A DNA stretch of 64,000 nucleotides, from the NCBI GenBank assembly GCA_013265495.1, contig MU058065.1:6510302-6574301 (forward strand), written 5' to 3'. Made by a program: the position numbers and the translations under genes. The notes under the pieces are model-generated. The model did no database searches and had not been told where the DNA came from. It saw only the letters and a program-made list of their open reading frames with translations. This document shows, piece by piece, positions 38,746 through 51,300 of the stretch. This DNA comes from Vicugna vicugna. Lineage: Eukaryota. Positions within the stretch are counted from its first letter, which is position 1. Each line of letters starts with the position of its first letter.

Positions 38746-39299
38746 GTTGGGAGCGGCCGCGGCACTCCTCCTACCACCAACGCGTCCGACCCGTCCCAAC
38801 TTCAACACCGCTGCCGCCAAGGATGAGCTGCTGCAGCCGCCATCCGCCTCCGGCTCGCTCCGCCCCTTTCGCAGCCCTCTGACCTTTCACCTCTGACCCC
38901 TCTCACACAATCTCTTCCCGCCGCTGGGCTCTCGGAGGTGTTAATAGCCCTAGAGTACGTCCTTTGCCCCTTAAGATTCAGGACCAGAAGGACGTCTACC
39001 ACCTACTAGTCCCCGCATCTCCCAGCCTGGAGCAGGTATTCCCCAGAGAAGTGCGTGAACTCTGACCCTCCTCCGGAGGCCAGTGAAGGGCGGGAAAAGC
39101 CGGGCAGTGCCAGGAGGACAAGTAGTGCGCATGCCCAGCTGGGCTGAGGAGGCGGGAAATATTGGGAGAACGAAAGTGCGTCAAGTGGAAAGTGCGCATG
39201 CGTATTACGGTCAGTGCAGGGGCGGGGCTACCTCGGCGAGACTCCGCTCGGTTCTGGGGCGGGGTGAGGGCGTAGGAGGGGCGGAGTTTCCAGGCTTGC

Positions 39300-39521
39300 G
39301 CTCACACGCCCCGTCTGGTCGCGTCGAGTGTGCGTGCGTGCGTGCGTGTTTGCGTGTGGTCACAGTTCCCGCCATCAGCTGCTCTCCCTGACTAGGGGGA
39401 GCGAGCGGCCCCTCTCCTTCGTGCTCGGTATCCCTTCCTTCCTTACCCTCGGCTCCTCCCCCTCCGCGCGGACACCGTGCTTCCGGCAGGCCTGTCCGGG
39501 GCTCTGGGCTCTCAGGCACAG
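39300..39521 (+). other. USP37: USP37 non-coding exon 1 (start approximate)
   Basis: Strong donor CAG|GTAAGG at 39522 inside the CpG island, on the USP37 strand. Confidence 0.7.
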
Positions 39522-40249
39522 GTAAGGCGGGCCCAGCGAGCGTCTCAACTGAGCCGTTTTACCCCGGCACCCCTCCCCCCGCCCCGTGCGGTCCGCCCAC
39601 TCGGCGTTCACTCTTCTGGAGTTCGCCCGGCTGCTGTTTAGCTCGCCCCCATCCTAGTGACGCCCCAGAGGCCTCGCAGGTACTCCACTTGGGTCTTCCC
39701 CCAAGCTTTTCCTCTCTGACCTGGTCTGTACTGTCACTCGCTACCTCTGCAACCCGAATCTGGCTCCTCTTTGCTGGGGGCTGTCGTCGTCCACCCCTCG
39801 CCCTTAGCGAGGCCTGCTGTCTCTTCAGGTGACTTCCGTTGCCGCAAGTCCATCAGGCCTTGGGACATGATACTGTTTCACTCTCTTCACCATCCCTCAC
39901 CTTCTCTCTTTTAACTGTCTCTCACTAAAAGGCATGAATTATACTTTTGTCGTGCTTTTGCTCCAAAATCCCTAGCCATCAGATCAGGTTGTCAGGCTTT
40001 ACCTATTTTAGGTTATGATCCATGAAAGGAAATGATAATTGAAAACAAAATCTTGTGTTCTGAAGAGTTAGCCTGTAGTGGTTTTGTAATCCTTTAAAAA
40101 TTTAGGCTCTGTGTAAATGTCCCTTTTTGGGTGGCAGTATTTGAAAAGTCTGTAACTGTAAAAGCTATCAAACAGAGGATATCAAGTAGGCAGTTGGATA
40201 TACTGGGTTGGAGCTTCGAGGAGAGCTCTGAACTGGGTTTATAGGTAAA

Positions 40250-40287
<38 letters not shown>

Positions 40288-40292
40288 CACAT
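40250..40292 (+). repeat. (TG)n(TA)n compound microsatellite
   Basis: Read directly from the sequence. Confidence 0.9.
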
Positions 40293-40599
40293 ATGTACGT
40301 TATCTGCCATGTTGATAGTAATTGAAGCTATATATGTGGATGAAGTTGCCCAAAGAGAGTACAGTACTAGAAAAGAAAGGAATCCACTGAGGGATTCTTG
40401 GCATTTAGTAAGTGGATAGAGGAGTACAAGTCTTGTTAAAAAAAAAAATGAAAGAAGTTATCAATAATGTTGAAATTCTGCTGAAAGGTAAAGTTGAATG
40501 AGGCCTGAAAAGCCTAATGACATCAAAGTAATGGATGATCATAGGGATAGATGTTTGATGGAGGAAAACGAAATATCTGGGTTCAGTCCTAGGGCTTGT

Positions 40600-41830
40600 T
40601 CTCCTTTTACTCTTCCCTTCCACTTTAAGCTTTAAATTCTACCTGTATATTGATGACTTAATTTTTATTTCCAGCGTGTTCCCTTTGTTTTGAGTTCAAG
40701 ATCTAAATACCAACTGTTTGCTTGACATCCCAAGTTGATTTTTTTCTTAGGAATTTCAAATATAACATGTCTAAAACAAAAGTCATAATTTTCTCTAAAG
40801 TCAAATGTTTTCTTTTCCAGTTTGCCATTTCATTAAGTGGTGTATCCGTTTATCCATTTACGGAGTCTAGAAACTTGAAAGCCATTCTTGAGTTCTCTCT
40901 CATTCCTTGTATACAAACCCTTTTCAAGTTGTATTTATTCTGTTTCCATTATGTGTCTTGAATCTATTTCTGTAGGTTTTCAATATCACTTTTCTAGTTC
41001 AAGCCAGAATCCTCTTTCACCTGGACTTAATGTCACTGGTTCCCTGTATTCTCATCTGTAAACTGGGAATAATAATCACCTTATTGGATTGCTGTGGGGA
41101 TTAAATGAGATAACCATGGTAAGCACATGGCGCACAGTAAACAGCCAGTAAGCATTCATTGTTATTTTAATTGTTGTTATAAGCTGAATCACTTCAGTGC
41201 TCTCCTATCTGGTTGTCCTAATTTATTCCATCCTTGCTCCTTTCACTCTCCTCCCCAAACCCAAGCAAACCACATCACTATTCCATTCAGTAGTAATGTG
41301 TCATTTCTCTGCTTAAAAACCTTCAGTAGATTTCACATCACTGTTTATTGCATTTAGGGTAAAATTTCAAAATCCTTACTGTGATATACAAGATTCTGCA
41401 TAACCAGATACTTTACTACTTCACCAGCTTCATCTTGCATGATTCTCTTTTCCCTCACTAAACTCTAGCCACATTGCTTTTCATTTCCTTAGTCACACCA
41501 AGTTATTTCCCATCACCGGGCCTTTGCACATGCTGCTCTGTATTATTCCAGCATGACCATCCCCCAGTTAACTCATTCTTTAATTTTCAAGTTCAGTGGT
41601 ACTTCCTCAGAGAAGCTGTCTCTTGATTCTGTCTAATTTCTACCCACCCCTACCCCAAGTCTTAAATCAGGCACCCTGTTACAGTCTCTCATGTCCTGAG
41701 CTTTGTATCATTTTTCAGAACTTGTAATTATATATTTACCTGTGTGATTATTTAAAGTCTGTCTCCTATTGGAATATCAGCTAGGGACTGTTACATTTCT
41801 ATTTCTCAAGAATTTGTTAAATGGATAAGT
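40600..41830 (+). mobile_element. L2 fragments with an inserted MIR
   Basis: AGGAATTTCAAATATAACATGTCTAAAAC, GGGCCTTTGCACATGCTG and ACTTCCTCAGAGAAGC; MIR core CTCATCTGTAAACTGGGAATAATAAT near 41050. Confidence 0.6.
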
Positions 41831-42230
41831 AAATTGGACTTTGCTGTATGAACCATCGTGTCTTTGGGAAACACCAGCTTATTGATATTCTTGTCATCTG
41901 ATGACAAGACCCTTTTTATTCTGCAGACAAATTAAAGGACACAAAAACCCAAAGGGTTTTCCAGCTTTGGATGGTATTACCCATTCTTGTGTCATAGAAT
42001 CATTCAAATTTTAGACTCTTTAGACTCTTTGAATTGGAGATAAACTTTATCTAGGTCAACTTCTCTCCTTACTTTCGGCTACTACACTAATTTTATCTCT
42101 TTGTGCATTTGTTTTATGGATCTTTTTAGGCAACAAAACCCTTAGAAATCAGAGCAGTTGTTATATATTTTAACAACGGGTTAAACTATGAGACTAGTGA
42201 GGATGAGGTTTTCAAAAATAGATAAAGGGA

Positions 42231-42375
42231 GGGGGGAGGATATACCTCTGTGGTAGGGTGCATGCCTAGCATGTATGAAGTCCTGGGTTCAATCCGCAGT
42301 ACCTTCATTAAAAATAAATAAAAAAACATAATTACCCCCCCAAAAAACCCCAAACAAACAAGCAAACAACAACAA
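42231..42375 (+). mobile_element. tRNA-derived SINE
   Basis: GGGGGAGGATATACCTCTGTGGTAGGG...GTCCTGGGTTCAATCC plus tail; TSD ATAAAGGGA at 42222-42230 and 42376-42384. Confidence 0.85.
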
Positions 42376-44023
42376 ATAAAGGGAAATTCCATATTTAAGT
42401 AAGTGGTTAATGGTTGTTAGGGAAGAAAACACTAAAATTTAATGATTTGTGTATGTAGAACAGGATTTGTGTTGAGAAATAGAAAATAAAAAATAGGAAT
42501 GCCAAACACAGAGGCATTAGGATTTATTTTATAGATAGTGATGAGCTGTTAAAAATGGGAAAAGTTTCAGTTAGGCAAAATGTGTTAAGTTCTAGAGATA
42601 AGCTGTACAACATTGTACCTATAGTTAACAATACTGTATTGTATGCTTAAATGTTTCTTAAGAGAGTAGATCTCATGTTAACTATTCTTACCACAATAAA
42701 ATTTTTTAAGAATTTAAATGTTTGGGAGGGGAATTAGCATCAGAAGCAAGTATTTTAGCACTTACTAAGTACCTATAATTTTTGGGGGGCACAAAAGAAA
42801 AAAAGTCAGGTCCCCCTCTACCCTCCCCTCTCTTTAGGGAGAAGGTTAAAGAGACAACTAGTGCACACTTTAGTTGGTAAGAAGTAAAAGAGTAGTTTTT
42901 TAGAAGGGGTATTATAGGGTAAAGGATTCATTGGCCAGAAAAATTCTGAGAAAATGTAGACTGGGAAATGATTGCTGCAGATTATTGAGGACGCAATATG
43001 GTATTGGTTAAAAATGTGAGTTCTGGTGCTAGATTTAGTTTTGTCTCTTACTGATTCTGTAACCATGGATAAGTTTATCTCTCTGAGCCTCAGTTTCCTC
43101 ATTTGTAAAATAAAGATAATCTTTATCGTTTAGGATTATTGTGAAAATTATGAGCTGTTGCATGTATGGCACTTAGCACTGTGCTTAGTAAATGTTGCAT
43201 AATAAATAAATATTAGGTGGGAAGGATGACAAAATGTTGTTTCCGAATTAAGGTGGTAGCTATGAAAAGAGTGTGTTTTTAGATAAATGAGAATGAAGTT
43301 AAAGCTGATGCTAAGATTTTTTTTTTTTGGCTTAAAGGATAGTGGAAGGACAAATGTAGGGAAGTCTGGGTGTCTCTTAAAGAGAGTGCGGACTGTGTCA
43401 TATTCACATTTGCATCCCTACCACAGTGCCATCAAATTGGAATAGCTCAATAAATGATTTTTCACTAGGTGAACAAAGGAGTTTAAAGTTGATGTTATAG
43501 TATTCAAGAAGGCAGTGAAAGATGTTTGATTAGAATTTCAGGGAAAGTTGAGGCTTAGGCCTAAATTTGAGAAACAAGCCCGTGAAGTTAGTTTTGAAGA
43601 AAAGTGCAAAACTAAGTTTACTCACTTTTTGAAATTTGTATCAACACATCATAGAAGTGGTGTTTTTAAGACTTAAGACGTATTATGTAACAATGTCTAT
43701 AGAGTCAACAAGGATATACTCTTTTTACCACTGTCTTCTTCGTTTCAAAATGTACCAGGAATAAAGAAGCAAGACACAAATTGATCAACCTGCAGGCTCC
43801 TGGAGTCCCTCATTTTGCATAGCAGATATATCCCTAAAATTCTATTCATTGCGTGTGTGTTTAAGTGTGTATGTGTATATTGAGCATTATATTTTAAATG
43901 TTTTCAGTAGGTGGTTTGTGTTTTTTAAATTGTCAAAAGGTTAATCTTTGTTATATAAATAATAACAATTTTAATTTTATAAATCAGATTTCTTTTAAAA
44001 AGGCACACTTATATTTTCTTTAG

Positions 44024-44164
44024 CTGAGTTGATGGCTTCCGGAGAACTGGCATAGCTGCAGAATATGAGTAGTTCCCCAAGAAGAGTGCATTGCCTTTGG
44101 CACAAGGATCAGAATAAAGGTGAATTGTTATTACATAGGGTTTTTCAGTAAAAGTCACTGAAAA
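44024..44164 (+). other. USP37: Probable USP37 5'UTR exon
   Basis: Acceptor tattttctttAG at 44022-44023 and donor GTAAGT at 44165 bound 141 nt of non-repetitive sequence between exon 1 and the ATG exon. Confidence 0.6.
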
Positions 44165-46177
44165 GTAAGTAATGTTTTTATTTTGGATATATGTTTCCAA
44201 GAGTATGCAAATTGGCAAGAATTTACAGTTTTCTTTTTCTGTTTTGTAGTAATAGTTTTATACTTTAGCATGCTTTCTTAAACCACAGGATGCCCTCTGG
44301 ATACGTATGTTTTCAGAGTAGTACCTAAAATAGGAATATTTAAATAACTGTAGAGATTATAGAAACATTTTTGTCAGTGTTGTTTTTTTGAGCTTTGATA
44401 GAATGCTCAAAATTGAACAGTAATTTTAATAGTGGTGAAGAAATTTAGGGAAAAGGGAATCTCTTTAGATGTACTTAAAGAATAATTGGTTTTTATTGTG
44501 CTTTGTTTTCCTAATATCGATTTGATAGTGGATTGGTTTTAACAGGGTTCAAAGAAACCTTGTATTTGTCCTAAGTTCATAGAAAGTTTAACTGTTACTG
44601 GATCATGCTAGATACTGAAAAAGAAACTTAGAGGTTTTTTCTCTTAAACAAGTAGGGCAAACCTTGATAATATGATGAATGTATGAAACTAAATATAGTT
44701 AATTCATTTAGTACGAAAACAGATAATGGCTAGATAGCGAGCGGCATTAAGAAAAAGTTTTTTATTCTGCTAGTTTTTATTGATTCTGCCAATTCCTGGA
44801 CCTTTTAGGTTTTTTCCTTAGAAGAGAGAGAGATTGCTAGTGGAAATGATTAAGAAAATATTCAGTATCTGAGATGAAAATTTATACGCTTAACCAAAAC
44901 TCTGCATCAAAATGTTTGAGAGTTATATGTAGAGAACTCATGTATTATATGTAGAAACAATTGCAGACGGAAACAGAAGTAACTAGTTAAGTTTCTTTTC
45001 TCATGAACTTTATTGAGCTTTGAAATCTTCACCTCCAAATTTTGTTAAATAATCTAATTTTTTAAAATATGTTTTTATTGGAGGAATTCAAGGTCAATGT
45101 CCTTACTTTTGGTCTGTAAGGAAAATACTAAGATAATGAAGTTTTATATTATTCCCTTTTAATTTAGCACCCTGACCTTAATGATATATAAGGAAAGATG
45201 AGGTAATTTGATAAAACTCTTAAAATGGAGTTTCTTTACTGAGCAGTAAAGTATTTATAAAGCAGTATTTATAATACAGTGTGATAAATGCTCTACTAGA
45301 GATAAGCATAGGATGCAACAGAAGAGAAAAGCATTTAACACTCTTAGTGTGGTTATGGGGTGAGAGAAAAAATGAAAAGTAGCTAGGAAAGGCTTCTTAA
45401 TGAAGATAATATTTAAATTGAGCCTTAACTTTATAGCCAGGAAAAGAAACCAGGGGGGTTCATGGGGGAAGGGGAGAGCAGGTGAAAATCTGCCAGACAT
45501 AGATCATAGTATGTGCAAAGGTATAGTGGCATGAGAACATAGGCCTTTTTTGGGGGAAATTATAAGTAGTTCAAATGGCTGGATTCGGAAGATTTGTTGA
45601 GGTAAGCAGATAGAGATAGAGAGGTAAGCAGGGCCTGGATCATGAAGGGTGTTTATATCATTTTAAAGGGTCTAGATGTTATTGTAAGGACATTGGGGAG
45701 CTGTTGAATAATATTGAGGACAGTACTGTGATTTGGTCTGCAGTTAATTATAAAGATTTAATCTGCAGTTAATTATAAAGAAGGTATATAGAGGTAGAAT
45801 TGACAGGACTTTACCCTGACCTTCCATTTCCAGTCCAGTTCCAATAATCATCAAGAGAGAAATCAAAGACAACTCATGTTTCTGGCTGGGCAACTGGAGT
45901 GGGAGAAGGGCCACATATTCTTGGCAGTGCTGAGAGACAGAGTGGAAAATATTTCAAGGCTGTATCCAAACAATGAAGCACCAAATTATTAATTGCAGAA
46001 AAAAAAATGTATTACAAACACTAATTACTGGCCCAGAATTTTGTAGTTACTAGTTTGATCAACCGTGTTACTGACAGCTCTTTAAATGGTAGTGGACTCT
46101 ATAACTTTGATGGATTCATATACCCAGCCAATTATACTGTCTAAATCTGGCCACAGTTAGCCACTGAAAAAATTTGA

Positions 46178-46420
46178 TGAGGGGTGGGAAGGGATAAATT
46201 GGGAGTTCAAGATTTGCAGCTACTAACTACCTACCATAGAAAAAATAGATAAAACAACAGATTTCTACTGTATAGCACAGGAAACTTTTCAGTATCTTGT
46301 GGTAATCTGTAATGTAAAAATATGAAAAGGAATATATGTATGTTCATGTGTGACTGAAACATGCTATATACCAGAAATTGACACAACATTGTAAACTGAC
46401 TATAATTTTTTAAAAATTTA
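46178..46420 (+). mobile_element. L1 3' end (artiodactyl type)
   Basis: GGGTGGGAAGGGATAAATTGGGAGTTCAAGATTTGCAG...TATAGCACAGG...ACAACATTGTAAACTGACTATAAT; similar to the 3'UTR of the young L1 at 21.8 kb. Confidence 0.8.
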
Positions 46421-48144
46421 AAAATTTTGGTAAGATTAATATGAAATTATCATAATTTTGATGCAATTATTATTGAATAATAATAGAGGACTTACAATGC
46501 GTAATACCTTTAACTATTCAAAATGTTTTCATATCCCTTTAAATTTATTCCCCGCTATTTGATGTACAGTACCTAAAGGCCTCAGACTAGGAGGTCCACA
46601 GCCTCATTTTCTCTCCACTGGTGGGTTTTGTTTGATTTGTAGCTTTTAAAGATAACTTTGAATTCATTGCCCACAATTTAAAATGGGCAGTTTGATATAA
46701 AAATTTAGATGTCATTTTCTTGAAAAATTAGATGATCTGGCAATGCTAGATTCACTATTTCTAAATTGGCTAGATCTGAGTAGCAGTTTTCATATCTTGT
46801 CTGCCTAAATCATTTGTGTCACCTGACTGGCTTCTATAGGTAGTTGAGTTGGTGATCTTTGTTAACAGCTTCTTTGTCTGGGATCTTTGGAGAAAGTGGT
46901 GTTGCAGACAATTCCATTCACATTCAGGCTGCTGTGTGTTGAGTGCCTAATGTGTGTTATTTCATTTAATTCTCTAACACTTAACATTTACTGTTCCCGT
47001 CTTACAGTTGAGAAAACTAATGGTTAGGAAAGGTAAGTTACAAATTAGTAAGTGACAGAGCTGGCTCCTGATATCTAGACCTAGTATGTTTTTCTTTTAT
47101 ACAGATACTACTGTTTTTAGCTTTTCTGGTTCAGCTGTGTAGGCAGAGGAAAAGTTTAATGATTTTTAAATTAATAAATTATAAGCAAGAATCTGTATTA
47201 GAGGCAATGTTTTTAGAGATTTGGAGGCTATAGTATAAATTTTGTTTTAATTTTAGTTGACTGCATATATGTGTATAACACATACTTTGATAACATTCTC
47301 TGCTATTACTATAATTGTATTTACTCGCTGACATTCGGTAAGCTAGTTCAAAGAGTCTTTGACATTCTGTCAGTTCTTTAAGTTGTTTTTAAGTATTAAA
47401 CTTCTCTCAGGAAATTTGAGTATTTGTCAGATAAAATTGGTGAAGAGTCTTTTCAGGAATATTAAACATAAATGGTAGGTGGATCTTGGGAAAAGGAGTT
47501 TTTTGTTTGTTTTCCCAGAGAATAAGTGATTTTCTCAAATAATATAATTCTTCAGGTTAAACTAATTTGATTATTCTCACAATTATTCACTTAATGTCTC
47601 CTATACATGTAGCTATGCTTAGACTACCAACTGGTAGACGGTATTATCTGGTGATGATGAAGGAAGGTTAAAAAAATAAAAGCTTGTCATAATCCCATGG
47701 GCACTTGCGTTGAGGGTGGAATTTTTAGTAATCCTGATCAGCATGCCTTTAGTGGCAGCAGTATGGTTGTTAATGGTGCAAAATGTAAAGTTTAGTCATT
47801 AATAGACACAGGTACTGGACATATGGCAAAGGAGAGAACATATACAGAAGAAATAAAAGGTGGGTAAGTTCAATCACTGAACGACAACTGCTTTGGTTGT
47901 CTTTGTTACCTGTGCCATCCAGCTAATGAAGGCCTTTTGAGGATAACTTAGTTAAAGGTAGTTTATTGAAATGGAAAGAAGGACATAAGATGGTTCATTA
48001 AATATTCTCTTTCAAACTCTTGTTTTAATCACTAGTAAATTGTAACTTTTTATTTTATTTTATTTTTCTTCCTTAGAATCTGTCAGGTGAAGGTGTATTT
48101 TTGCTTTTTAATTTGGCTAGAAGCAATTTATTTTTAAAGAAAGT

Positions 48145-48300
48145 ATGTCTCCTCTGAAGATACATGGTCCTATAAGAATTCGAAGTATGCAGACTGGAAT
48201 TACAAAATGGAAAGAAGGATCCTTTGAAATTGTGGAAAAAGAGAATAAAGTCAGCCTAGTAGTTCACTACAATACTGGAGGAATTCCAAGGATATTTCAG
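48145..48300 (+). CDS. USP37: USP37 first coding exon (exon starts at 48121)
   Basis: 156 coding nt, MSPLKIHGPIRIRS...GGIPRIFQ, donor GTATTA. Confidence 0.96.
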
Positions 48301-51300
48301 GTATTACCAGATTTTGATTTGGAATAGAGCTTTAGTCACATCTTTCAGTGAATAGCTGTTCTGTGCCATACTAAGAAGAAGCCCTCTTCCTAGATTAATA
48401 TTTTTTATTTTTAGGACACCAATACTATTAGGTGCATACATTACAAATTATTTAGCAGAATTGTTGATGGTGTATAATAAAGAGTAGGAAGTAGTTACCT
48501 TTATTGAAAAGAAAACTGGAAGCTGAGAGGACCTTAGTTTGGATACTATCTAAGCTTTTTTTTTTTTTTTAAGTAAAGATGAAAGATTTATTCAGTCTGA
48601 AGAGAAACCAGAGTGTTATCTAAGATATTTTTAAAACCACATTAGGATAACTAGTTATTCCCCCCTCCCCCCAACGTATATGATAGATTCATCACTATTT
48701 AGTGTTAACTTGTAATAGGTCTTTTTAGTGTCTTCTTAACGTCTCCTTCCTAAATGATCCTGCCAAAAGTTGTGGTATATTATGGCCATTCAAGGCTGAT
48801 TATTCAAGGTCATCCTTAGAGCTGTTTTCTTCTAACTATAAGTTTTTGAAGGGTGTCATTACTTTATCACTGCAAAAAGCAGTTAATATTGTTTTCACTT
48901 CTATTACTGTTACCTTCTACAGCTAAGAACTACTTGTGTTGATAAGTTGAATTTAAGAACGTGTCTTACATTTTACTGCACTTTAAAATCTATATATGTT
49001 AATTAATTACATAAAAGTATAATATTCATTCTAAAGTACTCTATTGAAGAACAATTTATAAAACTTTATGCTTGAGAACCTGATCTGAAGTAAAATTTCC
49101 ATTTATCTTTGCTTTTAAACTATGAAAATTAATTGATTATGATTTTATATATCAAAGGTAATCTTAAATAGTTTGGAGGTGGTGACATGGTTAATAGAAA
49201 TGATAGTTCTACCACATATGTATATCACTAATTGCCCACCTGAGTGAAAGAAAGATTTTTTTCAAGTAGAAATTCAGTTTTTCAGTCCTTATTCCAAACT
49301 AGCACTGAATAAAGATATAAGTATTTAAGCAAACATAGATCTTTAGAATCTACCTGTGATTCCGCCTTCATCTCAGTTCTAGATCAGTTTGCACTCAGCA
49401 TTCGTTAACCACTTACAAATTGCTGTGGTGGGAACTGTGCTAAGAGCTAAGAATATAGAGCTGAAAGAGACACTTTTCCTCTCAAACTTAAGAGTAACCA
49501 AATGCATTCTTAGCTATAAAAATATCTCAGAGATGCAGAGGTAATACAAAGAAGGGAGTGTTTTGTGCTCTGAGGATTTAGAGTATAAATAGAAATTTGC
49601 CGGACACATTAGAGGTTAAGGTAAAGGTGATTTCTATACATGGACAAACACATGCACATGTGAATCAACACTCAAGGAACCAGAAAATTATTTTAAAGAA
49701 GATAGCACAGTAGGGTGTGAGTGGCAGAAGTAGAGGCTGAAGAGCTAGATAGGACCCAGATCTTGGAATATCTTGTTATACTACAGGGAACTTAGATACT
49801 AAGGAGCCAAGAATCTTAAGTTTGAATTCTTTTGGCAGCCAGGCAGGTGACTTTATTTCATGAGCTAGTGGCAGAATAAGGACATGTAAGAGGTTATTGT
49901 GGAAGTTTACATGAGAAATGAAAGTCCTGAGCAAAGGAAAAGAGGAAAAGCAAGAGGAGGAAAGGGTAAATTTGAAGAGATTTCAAGAAGATTTAACTCA
50001 GATTTGGGGGATGACAGAAAAAGTCTAGGGAGAGTCCTCAATTAAAGTGGTTGGCAGTCCCTTTCATCTTCTCTAGAGGGGAAGAATTGGGTTATGAAGA
50101 TTGAGAGAGATGAGTTGTTTGAGGTGTTAGGTATTCAGATACTGATTGATATGCACTAGGTGTATGGTAAACAGGACTAGAGCTCCAGCAGAGAGGTCTG
50201 GACTTAGAGAAAAAGTTGAGAGGCCTCAGCATGTGGGTAGTTACTAAAATTGGAAGTCTAGCTAGGATTTTTCAGTTGTTGAAGTGATCAAATTCAGGAT
50301 TATTCCCGTCTTGTTAATGAACAAACTTTTCCCCTCACATTTAACTTTCATTTTTAGAAAGTGGTATATTGACTGAAATAATGGTTTTATGCAATCTCTT
50401 TTCCTTTTGCATGGTAAACTGCTCATTTAACTATTTTGGAGTTAAAGCATCTGAAACTAGTTATTGTGTATTATGACAGAATTTCTACTCAAGCACATGA
50501 ATACCTACTTTGAAGCTAAAAAAATTTAAATTTGAAATACAATTTAGTCTGATTGGTAAAATTGTTCTGTCATTCTTACCTAAAAATTGTCAAGGTCAGT
50601 TCTTCCTAATTAAAAACAAGTGAAACACTATTCTTTATACTGTTCAGAGGGTATGTCTTCAGCAAAAGTCAGCTTTAGAAACCTTTGTGTATGTCTGCTG
50701 AGGGAGAATGTTAGAGAATAAGGATGCCTGGTTGGCAGAAATTATTTAATAAACTGCATGATTTCTTAATTTAATCTTGGGAAAATATCAACCAAGAGAA
50801 GATAAAAGTTATCACTTGGTAGCACATATCCAGAGCCTGGAAGAGTGTAAGACAAGTTATTGAACCAGGTCTGGGGAGTGGGAGAAGCAAGCTAATAGAG
50901 TTCCAGGGTACTTATGATCTTTGTGATTGAATGAAAGTTAAATGAGCATGTTTAGACAGTTAAAAAAAAATTCTTACATTGGTAAAGGTTTATTTTAATG
51001 TATTTTTGAGAAGAGGAATTCTTTTGAGGATTATAGTTTGGATCAGTATATCATTTTACATTGTAGCTACTTTAACTAATTGCCAGATATTTTATAAGCT
51101 CTTATTTTAAAAAAGAAGAAGAAGAAGAAAGAAAAATTAAGTCTCTAATCCAATATGGCTTTCTAAACTGGTGATGGATAACCATCTAGGCTCTGAAAAT
51201 TGTTAACTTGTTTTTATAACTTTGTAACTATACCTGAAAATATATAGCTCCCTACCAAAAAATCAAGAGTGCTAGGATTAATCTTTGATTTAAATGTGTC

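Larger units (their letters stand above)
38300..39850. promoter_or_regulatory. CpG island and bidirectional promoter of CNOT9 (-) and USP37 (+)
   Basis: GC- and CpG-rich. E2F-type GGCGGGAAA at 39089 and 39151, NRF1-type TGCGCATGC at 39126 and 39193, GC boxes at 39219 and 39256. First-exon donors face away from each other at 38721 (-) and 39522 (+). Confidence 0.92.

Noticed and set aside
38316..39611. Several overlapping Arg/Pro/Gly/Ala-rich ORFs, up to 188 aa
   Set aside because: Expected from stop-codon scarcity in a CpG island; only the 24-nt CNOT9 exon 1 coding part is supported.
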